Shown here one piece after another: positions 20,260 through 31,453 of a stretch of DNA of 64,000 bases. Made by a program: the position numbers and the translations under genes. The number at the start of each line of letters is the position of its first letter. The first letter of the stretch is position 1. The notes below the pieces were generated by a model, which ran no database searches, was not told where the DNA came from, and saw nothing but the letters and a program-made list of their open reading frames with translations. The stretch is from contig CAVUCE010000015.1 in assembly GCA_963739985.1 (NCBI GenBank), positions 6,990 through 70,989 on the forward strand, in the 5' to 3' direction. The stretch comes from an uncultured Ignavibacteriales bacterium (lineage in GTDB: Bacteria; Bacteroidota; Ignavibacteria; Ignavibacteriales; Ignavibacteriaceae).

Positions 20260-20367
20260 TTATGTACCTTTCTTTTCCGATTTGAATACTTTATAAAAAC
20301 AGAAAACAGTTAGCACAATTATTATTCCCCAAGCCAACGATAAGAAAATTATTCCGGATGTATCCAT
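20260..20367 (-). CDS. 35-aa single-TM peptide, candidate MetS-like small subunit of the NSS transporter
   Basis: Not in the ORF track because it is too short. ATG at 20365-20367 is preceded by GAGG. It translates to MDTSGIIFLSLAWGIIIVLTVFCFYKVFKSEKKGT*, starts 33 nt after the transporter stop on the same strand, and is followed by the hairpin at 20201-20246. Confidence 0.5.
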   Translation of the reverse strand: MDTSGIIFLSLAWGIIIVLTVFCFYKVFKSEKKGT

Positions 20368-20400
20368 ATTTTACCTCAGTATTTTAAATCTTAAAAATTA

Positions 20401-21969
20401 TTATTCATTGTTAAATCTTTCATCAGCGGGATGATTGCCCCAGGCTTTTTTAACTAAGAATATCAAAGAGACAAATAAAAGTACCATCAAAGCTCTCGCG
20501 CCCCAAATGTAGGGAATGGATTCCGCCGAAGCATTTTTCAAAACTAAAATTGGTATTGCATCGTTGAAAAACCACCATAGCATTACAATGAATAGTACAA
20601 ACGGTGTAATGTATTTCATTATGTAGTAGAAAATTTTTGGAATCTGAAAATCTCCGCCTTCATTCATTTCTTTCCATGCTTTATCCGCACCGAATACCCA
20701 CATAAATAAAACAGTTTCAACAAGAGCAAAAACTACAAGGCCAAACGTACCTGCCCAGTAATCCATTTCATCTAAGAAACCAAATTTTAAGAAGAAGATT
20801 ACAAACTGAACAGCTATTAAAACAACAAGGGCCAAACTAAGTACAGCTTTCTTTCTACTCATACCAAATTCGTCTTCAAGAAAGGCAACTACAGGCTGTC
20901 CCATTGCAACAGATGAAGTTATACCGGCGAAGAATAAAAGTAAAAACCAGAGAAAACCGAATATTTGTCCTAATGGAATTTTTTGAAAAATTAACGGCAT
21001 TGAGACAAAACCTAAATCAAAAGCGCCGCCTTTTGCAAATTCTTGTGTTTGATGTAACCCAAAAAATGCAACAGCCACTGGTATAGCGATTGAGGCACCG
21101 AGGACAACTTCGGCAAACTCATTTGTTGCGGCAGTTGTTAATCCCGATAATGCAATATCGTCTTTAGGTTTTAAATAACTTGCGTAGGCATGAATTGTTC
21201 CCATTCCAACAGACAAAGTAAAGAATATCTGCCCTGCCGCAGCAAGCCAAATTTTAGGATCACCGAGTTTAGTGAAATCGGGATTCCAAATAAACGCAAA
21301 TCCATTCCATACTGAATTATCAGGCATTGCTGGATTTGGAGTTCCTAAAGTCATAATTCTTACTGCCAAAATAGCTGCGAATACCAATAAAAGAGGCATT
21401 GCTATTTTAGCTAGTTTTTCAATTCCGGCAGAGATGCCTTTGAATAAAATCCAAAAGTTAAGTGCAAAAGTAACAATCATTAATAAATATGCGGGAAGTA
21501 CGGAAGAAAAATGTGCACTAGGCATTCTTCCCTGGTAGCTATATAGAAAAGTTTTCATAGCTTGAAAACTAGTCTCATCAAAGTATAGTTTAGTTAATGA
21601 AAAGAAACTGAATCCTAATGTCCAAGATTCTATATAAGTGTAGTAAATTAGAATAACCAGAGAAATAAAAAGTCCCAAAGCTCCAAAATATTTAGCTAAT
21701 TTATTTTTCCAAATAACATCAAACATCCCGGGGGTACTTCCATGTCGGAATCTACCGCCGTGTCTTCCAATACCCCATTCAATCCACATAAGTGGAATTC
21801 CTAAAATTATAAAGAAAATGAAATATGGAATCATGAACGCGCCGCCGCCGTTTTGAGCAGCCTGTACAGGAAATCTTAAAAAATTTCCAAGACCAACAGC
21901 GTTACCGGCAACAGCAAGTATTAAGCCGATTTTACTTCCCCATTGTTCTCGTTCTCCATTTTGTGGCAT
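20401..21969 (-). CDS. sodium-dependent transporter, neurotransmitter:sodium symporter (NSS/SNF) family
   Basis: 522 aa, about 12 TM, with the N-terminal signature AGNAVGLGNFLRFP. Confidence 0.9.
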   Translation of the reverse strand: MPQNGEREQWGSKIGLILAVAGNAVGLGNFLRFPVQAAQNGGGAFMIPYFIFFIILGIPLMWIEWGIGRHGGRFRHGSTPGMFDVIWKNKLAKYFGALGLFISLVILIYYTYIESWTLGFSFFSLTKLYFDETSFQAMKTFLYSYQGRMPSAHFSSVLPAYLLMIVTFALNFWILFKGISAGIEKLAKIAMPLLLVFAAILAVRIMTLGTPNPAMPDNSVWNGFAFIWNPDFTKLGDPKIWLAAAGQIFFTLSVGMGTIHAYASYLKPKDDIALSGLTTAATNEFAEVVLGASIAIPVAVAFFGLHQTQEFAKGGAFDLGFVSMPLIFQKIPLGQIFGFLWFLLLFFAGITSSVAMGQPVVAFLEDEFGMSRKKAVLSLALVVLIAVQFVIFFLKFGFLDEMDYWAGTFGLVVFALVETVLFMWVFGADKAWKEMNEGGDFQIPKIFYYIMKYITPFVLFIVMLWWFFNDAIPILVLKNASAESIPYIWGARALMVLLFVSLIFLVKKAWGNHPADERFNNE

Positions 21970-22806
21970 TACATCTCCGGTTATTGATTAAGAATTTGAA
22001 TAAACTTTGCTTGATCAATTCTAAAATTTAAAATTTTAATATTATAACTTTATGTTTTAATATCAACAATCAATTTTGAAAATATGAATAAAATATGGAG
22101 TTTTTTCTATTTTAGATAAGAAATTTAGCAAAAATGCCAAAACACTGATTAACATATCAAAAAATATTTGCAAAATGTGTGATTTAACTTTGAATTATAC
22201 AAAATTCTTTTTTCGCTAAAAATTAAATTGTTTTATCTAAAATTTCGACTGTTCCGAAGTATTTCATAAGACTATTCGATTATAGAATATTGGGAATCTA
22301 TATAATTATTTAACGGATTAACAAACTTATTATTTCTGAAAAGCTGTGGTAGACAGCTCACAAAATTTGTAATAATTTAAATTGCATTTTGTGTGTATAA
22401 TATTTAGATTAATCGCCCATAGTAATAATTGCGAGATGTGTATTATATTAAATTGATCAATAACCGCTTATCGATGATTTTCGCCACTAATCGATTGGTT
22501 GTGCATAATGTAGAATTATTGTTATTTTATCAAAATTAATTAATAAATTTATTTTACCTAAAGGCTTAAAATTATTTCCATTGCAGGTTTTTCAATAAAC
22601 TTATTTTAGTCCTTACAAGAATTATATTCAATTACAAAAACTATTTTTTATTCAAAAAACAATAATTAACTGTTGTTTTGCTATTCATTTCTACTTTTGC
22701 GGTTATTAATAATTATATAAATCAATAATTGATAATTTCCTTATTGTCTAATTATTTTACGCCATAATGCTTTTACTATTTCAAAAATCAAAGTGAGGGA
22801 AACACT

Positions 22807-24210
22807 ATGAAATTAAGAATACAATTCTTGAATACGGCACTTTTTATGCTTTTGGTAATTCTTCTACTCTCCTCAAGTACTTTTGCTCAAACACATATCT
22901 CAGTGCCAGCTGACTATTCTTCAATTCAAGATGCTATTAACAATGCTAGTTCCGGAGATACAATTTTTGTCTCTAACGGAATCTATTCTTCCGGGGGGAT
23001 TACAATTAAAGTTGACAAACCATTATTTATAGTAGGGGAGAGTGAAGATAGTACAAAAATTGATGTTAGTACAAACGGCGCATCTTGGGGAATTCAAATT
23101 GCATCATCAAATGTTATTTTTAGCAATTTTACAATTATTCCTACATCAGCATCAGGGGGCGGATATCCGATTCATGTTGCTGATGAGCCAGTTAGTGAAA
23201 TTACAAATATAAATCTAAACCATATTTCAATATCAGGCTCTTACAGAACCGGGGTCGATTTTCACGGGGTATCGGGTGGTAATGTCTCATACATTACTTC
23301 AAAAAACGCAACACATGGAAATGGCGTACAATTTTCGGGTTGTAAAAACATTAATGTTAGTAATATTGTAACAAGTGGAAATGCTTGGGGTGGAATTGCA
23401 ATTTATGTGTCCGGTCCGTCATTACTGAACAGAGGTTCTGATAATATAAATATAGACGGTAGTTCATGTAATATTTCAGAATCAATTAAAATTTATTCAC
23501 AAGAAGAACACGGTTTGCCGATAACAAATGTTAATATTACTGGTTTTGATTATGCAGTCAGGAACTCATCTACTTCTGAATTAGCCGGATATATCTGGTA
23601 TCAGGTAAATAAAATTGATGCCTTAACTTTTGCAGCGGCTTTGTCCGCACCGGAATCTTCTACAGTTATAATGGTTGGAAATGCTCATAATTACTATGTC
23701 GGCAACGGTATGAGTATTCAAACTGCAATTGATTCATCTTCAAATGGCGATACGGTGTATGTTGATGCAGGAAATTATGTCGAAAATTTAACTGCTGATA
23801 AAAACATAACCATTATTTCTTCTGATACTGAACACTCTATTCTCACAGGTTCCATTTCGATTGCATCTGACGGAGTAATGATTGACGGTTTAACAATAGA
23901 AAATCCTTCTGGTAAAAATGGAATTACATCACAAGATTATAGTGATCTAACAATTAAAAATAATATTATACAAAATATCGGCACATCGGATGCATCAAGC
24001 TCAGGTACAAATTACGGCATAGCTGTTATCAGTTCATCTGATTCTGTTGATAACATTACAATTAATAATAATATTATTAAAAATATTGCTGGCGGAAATC
24101 ATAATTCAGCGGATGCAATCGCGATTGGCTGGAGTAACGGAACAAAAAATATTTCACATCTTTTAATTACGGATAACAATATCTTCAACATAACAAGCAG
24201 TATTAATTGA
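22807..24210 (+). CDS. surface protein fragment 1: signal peptide plus right-handed parallel beta-helix repeats
   Basis: Signal peptide LLSSSTFAQ, then repeated N/G/I-rich roughly 22-aa turns (GNGVQFSGCKNINVSNIVTSGNAWGGIAIYV; ITIKNNIIQNIG). It ends at a TGA created by one extra T at about 24207-24208. Confidence 0.7.
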   Translation: MKLRIQFLNTALFMLLVILLLSSSTFAQTHISVPADYSSIQDAINNASSGDTIFVSNGIYSSGGITIKVDKPLFIVGESEDSTKIDVSTNGASWGIQIASSNVIFSNFTIIPTSASGGGYPIHVADEPVSEITNINLNHISISGSYRTGVDFHGVSGGNVSYITSKNATHGNGVQFSGCKNINVSNIVTSGNAWGGIAIYVSGPSLLNRGSDNINIDGSSCNISESIKIYSQEEHGLPITNVNITGFDYAVRNSSTSELAGYIWYQVNKIDALTFAAALSAPESSTVIMVGNAHNYYVGNGMSIQTAIDSSSNGDTVYVDAGNYVENLTADKNITIISSDTEHSILTGSISIASDGVMIDGLTIENPSGKNGITSQDYSDLTIKNNIIQNIGTSDASSSGTNYGIAVISSSDSVDNITINNNIIKNIAGGNHNSADAIAIGWSNGTKNISHLLITDNNIFNITSSIN

Positions 24211-24754
24211 TTTTTCAAGCGGTGGAAGAGGCGCTTACGGAATATTATTAAATCATACAACTAATCCGTCAGGTGGTAAAATTATTTCTCCTGTAATTAC
24301 TGGAAATTCTATTACTGATTTGGAAGGCCTTTGGGCACATGGAATTGGTTTAGAGGGAAACACTCCGAATGCTGATATAGAAAATAATACCATCAACAAT
24401 TTAACTGATCACAAAACTCCATCAGATGCAGTTGCAATCAATATTGAAGATAATGTGGATGCAGCTAGTTTATTCATCCAAACTAACTCATTTACAAGTG
24501 TAAATGTTGGGATTAGAAATGTTACCGAAAGTCACGTGGTCGCCCAACTGAATTGGTGGGGAAGTGTTGAACCGGGATTTGATACATTGGTTATAGGAGA
24601 TGTTGATTATGATCCTTGGATTGGAAAAGGAGAGCCAACTCCGGTAATTAGCATTCCGAGTAATAATTCAACAGTTTTTTCCAGTGTACCAACAATTTTT
24701 TGGTATTACCCTTTTCCGGATACAGGCGGTGTAAGCTATGACGTTTTAAATTAG
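24209..24754 (+). CDS. surface protein fragment 2 (continuation in the +1 frame)
   Basis: The frame from 24209 reads DFSSGGRGAYGILLNHTTNPSGGKIISPVITGNSITDLEGLWAHGIGLEGNTP..., which continues the beta-helix. It ends inside an Ig-like module (VPTIFWYYPF..VSYDVLN*). Confidence 0.6.
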   Translation, partial: DFSSGGRGAYGILLNHTTNPSGGKIISPVITGNSITDLEGLWAHGIGLEGNTPNADIENNTINNLTDHKTPSDAVAINIEDNVDAASLFIQTNSFTSVNVGIRNVTESHVVAQLNWWGSVEPGFDTLVIGDVDYDPWIGKGEPTPVISIPSNNSTVFSSVPTIFWYYPFPDTGGVSYDVLN

Positions 24755-24945
24755 AAAATCATCTATTTCTACTTAAGCTTGTTCCTATCATGTTTTTATT
24801 AAGATTTCTGATATAAAAGTAATCTCAGCTCAATTCTTTTGAAACATGAAAAAACAGCAGGGTAACTATTATTTTATGTAAGCATTTGATTGATATGCTT
24901 CATATTTCAAATGAAAAACGATTTAATTGATATAGTCATAGAATT

Positions 24946-25754
<809 letters not shown>

Positions 25755-25758
<4 letters not shown>

Positions 25759-26705
25759 TGCCGGACTTTCTGGAGTTTTCTTTTCCCTTAGCATCATGGT
25801 CTAATGGTGGTACTACTATGTATTCATTAACTCCGTCTTTCAGTTGGTATTTATCCGGACTTGCTTCGGGAAGTATCACTTACAATCTTGAGATTAAACC
25901 TATAGGGACTCCTTTTGACGGAACAACAGGAATACTCACAGGAATAACTTCTACATTTTATACTTTAACAAGTTCGCTTACCGCAGGTACAGCATATCAT
26001 TGGAGAGTTCAGTTAGTGAGTTCAACTTCCGGAACCTCAGCTTGGTCTGATGAAGATGTTAACGGCGGAGCCACATTTAGTACTTATGCAACTCCAAGTA
26101 TTTTAACCGTTCCACTAGCCGGAAGTCCAATAAATGGTGTAAGTATTTCATCCAAATCCGCAACTCTTAGCTGGTATTTGCCAACGGCTCCAAAAAAAGT
26201 GCAAAGTTATAGAATTGAAGTATCAAAAAATCCGAATATGACCAATCCGATACTTCAATTAGAGGATGTAACTGATTTGCATAAAGCAATTAGTTCACTT
26301 GACGCAGGGACATATTTCTGGAGAGTTCAAGCCAAAACGAGTGATGGTAAATACTCAAAATATTCTGCGGTTGCATCTTTTAAAATCAGTTCCGTTACCG
26401 CAGTTAATGAAGAGAGTTTGATACCTAAAGAATTTAAAGTATCTCAAAATTATCCTAATCCATTTAATCCAAGTACGGTTATTAAATATGGTTTACCAAA
26501 TTCAGCATTTGTTTCTATAAAGATTTACAATATGCTTGGACAAGAGGTTAAAACATTAATTAGTTCTGAAAAGAATGCCGGGACTTATAGAGTGCAATGG
26601 AATGGAGATGATAATTTTGGAAGAAAAGTATCCAGCGGTGCATATATTTATCGTGTGGTTGCGGGAAATAATATTAGTACGAAAAAAATGATCTTATTAA
26701 AATAA
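25755..26705 (+). CDS. surface protein fragment 4: Ig/FN3-like modules plus a T9SS C-terminal sorting domain
   Basis: Modules with TPSFSWYLSG / SATLSWYLP ... YHWRVQ / YFWRVQA. The C-terminus SQNYPNPFNPSTVIKYGLP...AGTYRVQWNG...GAYIYRVVAGNNISTKKMILLK is a typical Por secretion tail. Confidence 0.75.
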
Positions 26706-26733
26706 TCTACAAAATTTGTGAATAGTTAATATA

Positions 26734-26772
26734 AACCTCTGAGCTGATTTTAAAGCTTGGAGGTTTTTTTAT
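26734..26772 (+). terminator. rho-independent terminator after the surface-protein gene
   Basis: aaacctctgagct...agcttggaggtt forms an imperfect stem followed by tttttttattttt. Confidence 0.6.
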
Positions 26773-27193
26773 TTTTAATTCATACTAATTCATTGCATAT
26801 TAATTACCTGCCTTATATATTCGTGATCAAAATGGCGATTACATAGCGGATATTTATAACTCAAAAAAAATCATTTAGTGAAAATATATTATCGATTAAT
26901 CGATCTAGCTTTGTGAAGATATTATAATTAGTCGTGTATATTTTAAAGTTTTAAACGTACTTTTAAGTATATATTAGCTGTCTTAGAATGAAAATGAATT
27001 GCTTTACATAATCTCAATATGATACTTTCTCGTCGATTTTTCATGTATTTCCTTTGTAAAGCCATAGATTTTATTGATTTTTTGAGTGGTATAATTATTG
27101 ACACTTTGAATCGCGGAATTACAAAATGCTCAATTAACTTAATAAACAGCTTTATTATTTGATACTTGAAATAAATACTCAACGGAAATATTA

Positions 27194-28657
27194 ATGCAAA
27201 ACGAAAAAAAACAATTAAATCAACCTATCATCTTATTAGCGCTTACAATAATATTTTTAATCGCCCTTTCATTTTTACCTTCGAACATGAAAATATTTGG
27301 TTATACAATAAAACCTGTTGATTTATTTATGGATATAAAACCGGATTCATTATTGAGCAGCAATTATAATATTCAACCAAATAATCATTCCATTCAAAAA
27401 TATTATGATGCAAGTTCACTTGATAAATCAAACGATTTAGGTGTAAACAAAGATGCATTATTAGCCAGCGTTAATTTTAATCTTCTGAGTAAAATTTTTA
27501 ATAACTCTTCCGCAGCAAAAAATAACAAATCAATTGATGCATCGACTTTAGAAAATTATATCGAGGAAAGAATTTCCGGTAATACCGATCAAATGAAGTA
27601 TTTTTATGATGCTGTTAGAAATGCGGGAAATAAAAAAATTAGAATTGCGCATTTTGGTGATTCTGAAATTGAAGGTGATCTTATAACCGCTGAGTTAAGA
27701 AAAAAATTGCAAAGCAAATATGGTGGCGAGGGAGTCGGATATTTGTCTATTACATCTCAAGATATAACATTTAGAACCACAACAAAACAAAGTTTTTCTG
27801 ATAACTGGAAAACTTATTCAGTATTAGATGGCGGCGGTGATAAGGTTTCTCCTGGAATAAGCGGTTATGTTGCTGTTCCACAAGGAGTGAGCTGGGTGAA
27901 ATATCAAGCAACCGGTTTTAACAATACTTCCAGATATTTTACAACCGTTAGAGTTTTTTACAGTAATTCTGATGGGTCATCAATCAAATATTCCTTTGAT
28001 GGTTCAAAAGAACAAACTGCATCTCTTTTACCCGGAAAATCTGTTCAAGAACTGATTTTGAAAGCTCCTGGTAAAGCAAATTCAATTAAAATTACCACAA
28101 CCAAAGCAAATCAAGCAAATTTTTATGGCGTTAGCCTTGAAGGCGGCGATGGAGTTTATGCTGACAATTTTCCATGGAGGGGAAATACAGGAGTTGGTTT
28201 TAGAGATATTGATAAGTCTGTTATGAAGGATTTTAATAAATATCTTAATTATAAATTATTGGTTTTAAGTTTTGGCGGAAATATGGTAGGTAATAATTCT
28301 ACCGATTTTTCCTGGTATGAAAATCAAATGGTTAAAATTATAAATAATCTAAAACAAGAATTTCCGCAGACAAGCATTTTGTTGGTTTCAGTTGGTGATA
28401 AAAGTATCAAACGGGGAAGTCGCTTTATTACTGATCCAACTATTTCCGCATTGTTAGATGTTCAGAAGAGTATTGTACAAAAAACCGGTATAGCTTTTTG
28501 GAATTTATTTAATTCGATGGGTGGCAAGAATTCGATGGGAACATGGGTGGATGCAAACCCACCATTAGCATTTAAAGATTACACACATTACACACTTCCT
28601 GGTGCTGATAAAATCGGTGACATGTTAAGTGAAGCTTTAATTAATGAAATTAGATAA
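27194..28657 (+). CDS. membrane-anchored SGNH/GDSL-fold protein (DltD / AlgX-AlgJ-like acyl-transfer component)
   Basis: N-terminal TM segment. SGNH block I IRIAHFGDSEIEGD. It is a paralog of 43862-45124 and lies first in an operon with the carrier protein and the MBOAT. Confidence 0.65.
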   Translation: MQNEKKQLNQPIILLALTIIFLIALSFLPSNMKIFGYTIKPVDLFMDIKPDSLLSSNYNIQPNNHSIQKYYDASSLDKSNDLGVNKDALLASVNFNLLSKIFNNSSAAKNNKSIDASTLENYIEERISGNTDQMKYFYDAVRNAGNKKIRIAHFGDSEIEGDLITAELRKKLQSKYGGEGVGYLSITSQDITFRTTTKQSFSDNWKTYSVLDGGGDKVSPGISGYVAVPQGVSWVKYQATGFNNTSRYFTTVRVFYSNSDGSSIKYSFDGSKEQTASLLPGKSVQELILKAPGKANSIKITTTKANQANFYGVSLEGGDGVYADNFPWRGNTGVGFRDIDKSVMKDFNKYLNYKLLVLSFGGNMVGNNSTDFSWYENQMVKIINNLKQEFPQTSILLVSVGDKSIKRGSRFITDPTISALLDVQKSIVQKTGIAFWNLFNSMGGKNSMGTWVDANPPLAFKDYTHYTLPGADKIGDMLSEALINEIR

Positions 28658-28684
28658 TTACTATAATTTAAGGAGACTTTCAGT

Positions 28685-28921
28685 ATGATTTCGGATAAAT
28701 TAAAATCGGTTATTCTAAAGGAATTGGAAATCGAAAATTTTGACTTCCAGGATGCTACTACTGCCGATCAAGTTCCAAACTGGGACTCATTAACCCACCT
28801 AAATGTAATTCTGGCGATTGAAAAAGAATATCAATTAAAATTTAAAGGTCTCGAAATTTTAAAGATTAAAAATATTGGGGAATTACAACAGTTAATTGAT
28901 AAAAAACTCTCTACTAACTAA
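28685..28921 (+). CDS. acyl/aminoacyl carrier protein (DltC-like)
   Basis: 78 aa with phosphopantetheine-attachment context VPNWDSLTHLNVILAIEKEY (DSL serine). Confidence 0.8.
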   Translation: MISDKLKSVILKELEIENFDFQDATTADQVPNWDSLTHLNVILAIEKEYQLKFKGLEILKIKNIGELQQLIDKKLSTN

Positions 28922-28941
28922 ACTGAAACAGGAATTCCCGA

Positions 28942-30441
28942 ATGTTTTACTGGATTGATACCCAAAGATTGCTGGATTTGTTTGTTTACCAAAAGCATGA
29001 TCCGGTGGTTTTTACTACTAGCTACTTCCTATTCTTTTTTTTCATTGTATTAGTAGTTTATAGATTATTTGCTTCTAAGAAAAATTTAAGAATTTATTCA
29101 CTTATAATATTTTCGTTATTCTTTTACTATAAAGCTACCGGTTATTATTTCTTTATTTTGTTTTTTACAACCTTATTAAACTTTTATATCGGAAATTGGA
29201 TTGGTGGTACAGAGTCCCAATCAAAACGAAAATGGTTGCTCATAATTTCCATTGTCGTAAACATAGCAGTATTATTTTACTTTAAGTATACCAATTTCTT
29301 TATAGGTATATTAAATGATATTAGTGTCGGACAGTTAAATCCGTTAGATATTTTTGTCCCGGTAGGCATATCTTTTTATACATTCAAAGCTATGTCCTAT
29401 GTATTGGATATCTATTTTGAAACTATGGAGCCTGTAAAAAGTTTAAGAGATTTCACATTATTCGTATCTTTTTTCCCAAACATACTTGCCGGACCAATTG
29501 ATAGAGCTTCAGAATTTCTTCCACAGATAGAACAAGAGTACAAGGTTACCAAACGTGATGTAAGTATGGCTGTCTTTTTAATTATTGTTGGTTTATTCAA
29601 AAAAACTGTGATCGCTGATTATATTGGATTAAACTTTGTTGACAGAATTTTTGACAGCCCTTTGCGATACACCGGAGTTGAAAATTTGATGGCGGCTTAT
29701 GGTTACGCTCTACAACTTTGGTGTGATTTTTCCGGTTATACAGATATGGCTTTAGGCGTTGGACTTTTGCTTGGATTTAAATTAAGAGAGAACTTTAATT
29801 ATCCCTATAAAGCAACCAGTATTGCCGATTTTTGGCGGCGCTGGCATATGTCTCTTTCTACATGGTTATTAGACTATTTGTTCAAACCTCTGCAAATGAA
29901 ATTTAGAAATCTAAGAAATTTTGGAAACGCTTTAGCTCTTTTTATAACATTCACTGTTATTGGTATTTGGCATGGTGCTAATTGGACTTTCATTCTTTTC
30001 GGTGTTATTCATGGTACATATTTAGCCACGTCAATTTTCACCAAAAAATTAAGGAAGAAATTTTGTGATAAAACAGGTTTAACAAATACCAAATTTTTAA
30101 AAGTATTTCAAATATTTTTCACTTTCCAACTTGTAGTATTAGCAGATATTTTCTTTAGAGCAGCAAGTGTTGGAACTGCTCTAGATATGTTTAAGCAGAT
30201 TTTTACATTCTTCCATTCTGAAGTTTTCATACAGTTTGTTAAGGGATATACCGAGATTTTTGGGTTAGTAATTTTAGGATATGTATTACACTATTTGCCG
30301 GAGTCGGTGGCTAAAAAAACACAAGAGTTGCTATTCAAAACACCGGTTGTAGTTTTAGCGGTTCTTTTAACCCTAATGATTTGGTTAACGATACAATTCA
30401 AATTTGCTGACTTACAACCATTTCTATATTTTCAGTTTTAA
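28942..30441 (+). CDS. MBOAT-family membrane O-acyltransferase (DltB/AlgI-like)
   Basis: 499 aa, polytopic, with FWRRWHMSLSTWLLDYLF and the conserved His region IGIWHGANW. Confidence 0.88.
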   Translation: MFYWIDTQRLLDLFVYQKHDPVVFTTSYFLFFFFIVLVVYRLFASKKNLRIYSLIIFSLFFYYKATGYYFFILFFTTLLNFYIGNWIGGTESQSKRKWLLIISIVVNIAVLFYFKYTNFFIGILNDISVGQLNPLDIFVPVGISFYTFKAMSYVLDIYFETMEPVKSLRDFTLFVSFFPNILAGPIDRASEFLPQIEQEYKVTKRDVSMAVFLIIVGLFKKTVIADYIGLNFVDRIFDSPLRYTGVENLMAAYGYALQLWCDFSGYTDMALGVGLLLGFKLRENFNYPYKATSIADFWRRWHMSLSTWLLDYLFKPLQMKFRNLRNFGNALALFITFTVIGIWHGANWTFILFGVIHGTYLATSIFTKKLRKKFCDKTGLTNTKFLKVFQIFFTFQLVVLADIFFRAASVGTALDMFKQIFTFFHSEVFIQFVKGYTEIFGLVILGYVLHYLPESVAKKTQELLFKTPVVVLAVLLTLMIWLTIQFKFADLQPFLYFQF

Positions 30442-30445
30442 TAAA

Positions 30446-30469
30446 AAATGCCGGTATAAGCCGGCATTT
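30446..30469. terminator. bidirectional terminator hairpin between convergent operons
   Basis: aaatgccgg / tataag / ccggcattt is a perfect 9-bp stem. An A-run lies upstream and aatttttaa downstream. Confidence 0.65.
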
Positions 30470-30496
30470 AATTTTTAATTTAAATCTTCACTTTAG

Positions 30497-31444
30497 TTAA
30501 TCTAAAATATCGCCTTCGCGCACTCCTAACGTTTTTGCGATTTCATTTATTTCAATACCTTCCATTTCTTCAGTCATAACATCTTCAATATTTAAGATTG
30601 CATCCGCACAAGCAATTTGAAATGTTTCATCATCAATTTTCATGATCTTACCGACTGTAGAATGATCATCATTTGGACCAACATAAGAGACCATGTTAAC
30701 AACTACTTCACCATTCCCGGTTTTCAGTTTAGGGTAAACAAAAGTATTTTCAAATGGAATAAAATTTAATCCTCTTACCATTTGATCAATTTTTTCATAA
30801 TTCCATGAAAAAGAGAGAATACCATTATTTTCCGGATAATCTTTTAATGAGTAGTAAGAAGACATTCCGGATTGAGGTTGTCTTTTATAATTATCATGTA
30901 ATATATTTTCGAATGTTTCTTTAAATAAAGCTAAGCCCTCCATTATTGAAAGACTCATTAACCTTCCGGCCGTTGTATCTTCATCAATAGGAAATTTTCT
31001 TTGAGCTATTACATCGCCTGTATCAATTCCTAAGTCAATAAAGTGCCATGTAACACCATGCTCTTTTTCACCATTAATAATTACCCACGACGGGATATTG
31101 ACGCCGCCGTACAGAGGCAGCGGAGCATTATGAAAATTTATAGTGCCGGTTTTAGGAATTGCAATAAGATCATCTTTAATAATTCTATAATTATTTATGC
31201 TGAACATTATATCGGGTTTATGCCTTTTTACAAACTCAACTGCTTCCGGTGAATTTATCTTTGTTATACCTTTTACGTTAATTCCCGCGTCTTCAAATGT
31301 CTTCATTATCGAATCAGAAGGATTATCTTTCTTCGGATCATATATAAAAAAAGCGATTTTTGCGTCTTCATATTTCTGCATATACTTGATGCAATCGACG
31401 GCCATTTTACCGTTGCCTATTACACCAAAAATTTTTTCTGCCAT
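30497..31444 (-). CDS. formyltransferase-like protein (Fmt/ArnA-N-like fold)
   Basis: 315 aa. INFHNAPLPLYGG matches the NxH...(S)LLPxxRG catalytic loop and IDTGDVI matches the catalytic Asp region. There is a C-terminal extra domain, as in Fmt. It starts 10 nt after the adenylating-enzyme gene. Confidence 0.7.
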   Translation of the reverse strand: MAEKIFGVIGNGKMAVDCIKYMQKYEDAKIAFFIYDPKKDNPSDSIMKTFEDAGINVKGITKINSPEAVEFVKRHKPDIMFSINNYRIIKDDLIAIPKTGTINFHNAPLPLYGGVNIPSWVIINGEKEHGVTWHFIDLGIDTGDVIAQRKFPIDEDTTAGRLMSLSIMEGLALFKETFENILHDNYKRQPQSGMSSYYSLKDYPENNGILSFSWNYEKIDQMVRGLNFIPFENTFVYPKLKTGNGEVVVNMVSYVGPNDDHSTVGKIMKIDDETFQIACADAILNIEDVMTEEMEGIEINEIAKTLGVREGDILD

Positions 31445-31453
31445 TTTTTGCCT

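Noticed and set aside
26943-27182. 79-aa minus-strand ORF upstream of the SGNH gene
   Set aside because: It is a Lys/Ile-rich translation of AT-rich intergenic DNA. It has no ribosome-binding site or recognisable motif, and it would run into the promoter region of the Dlt-like operon.
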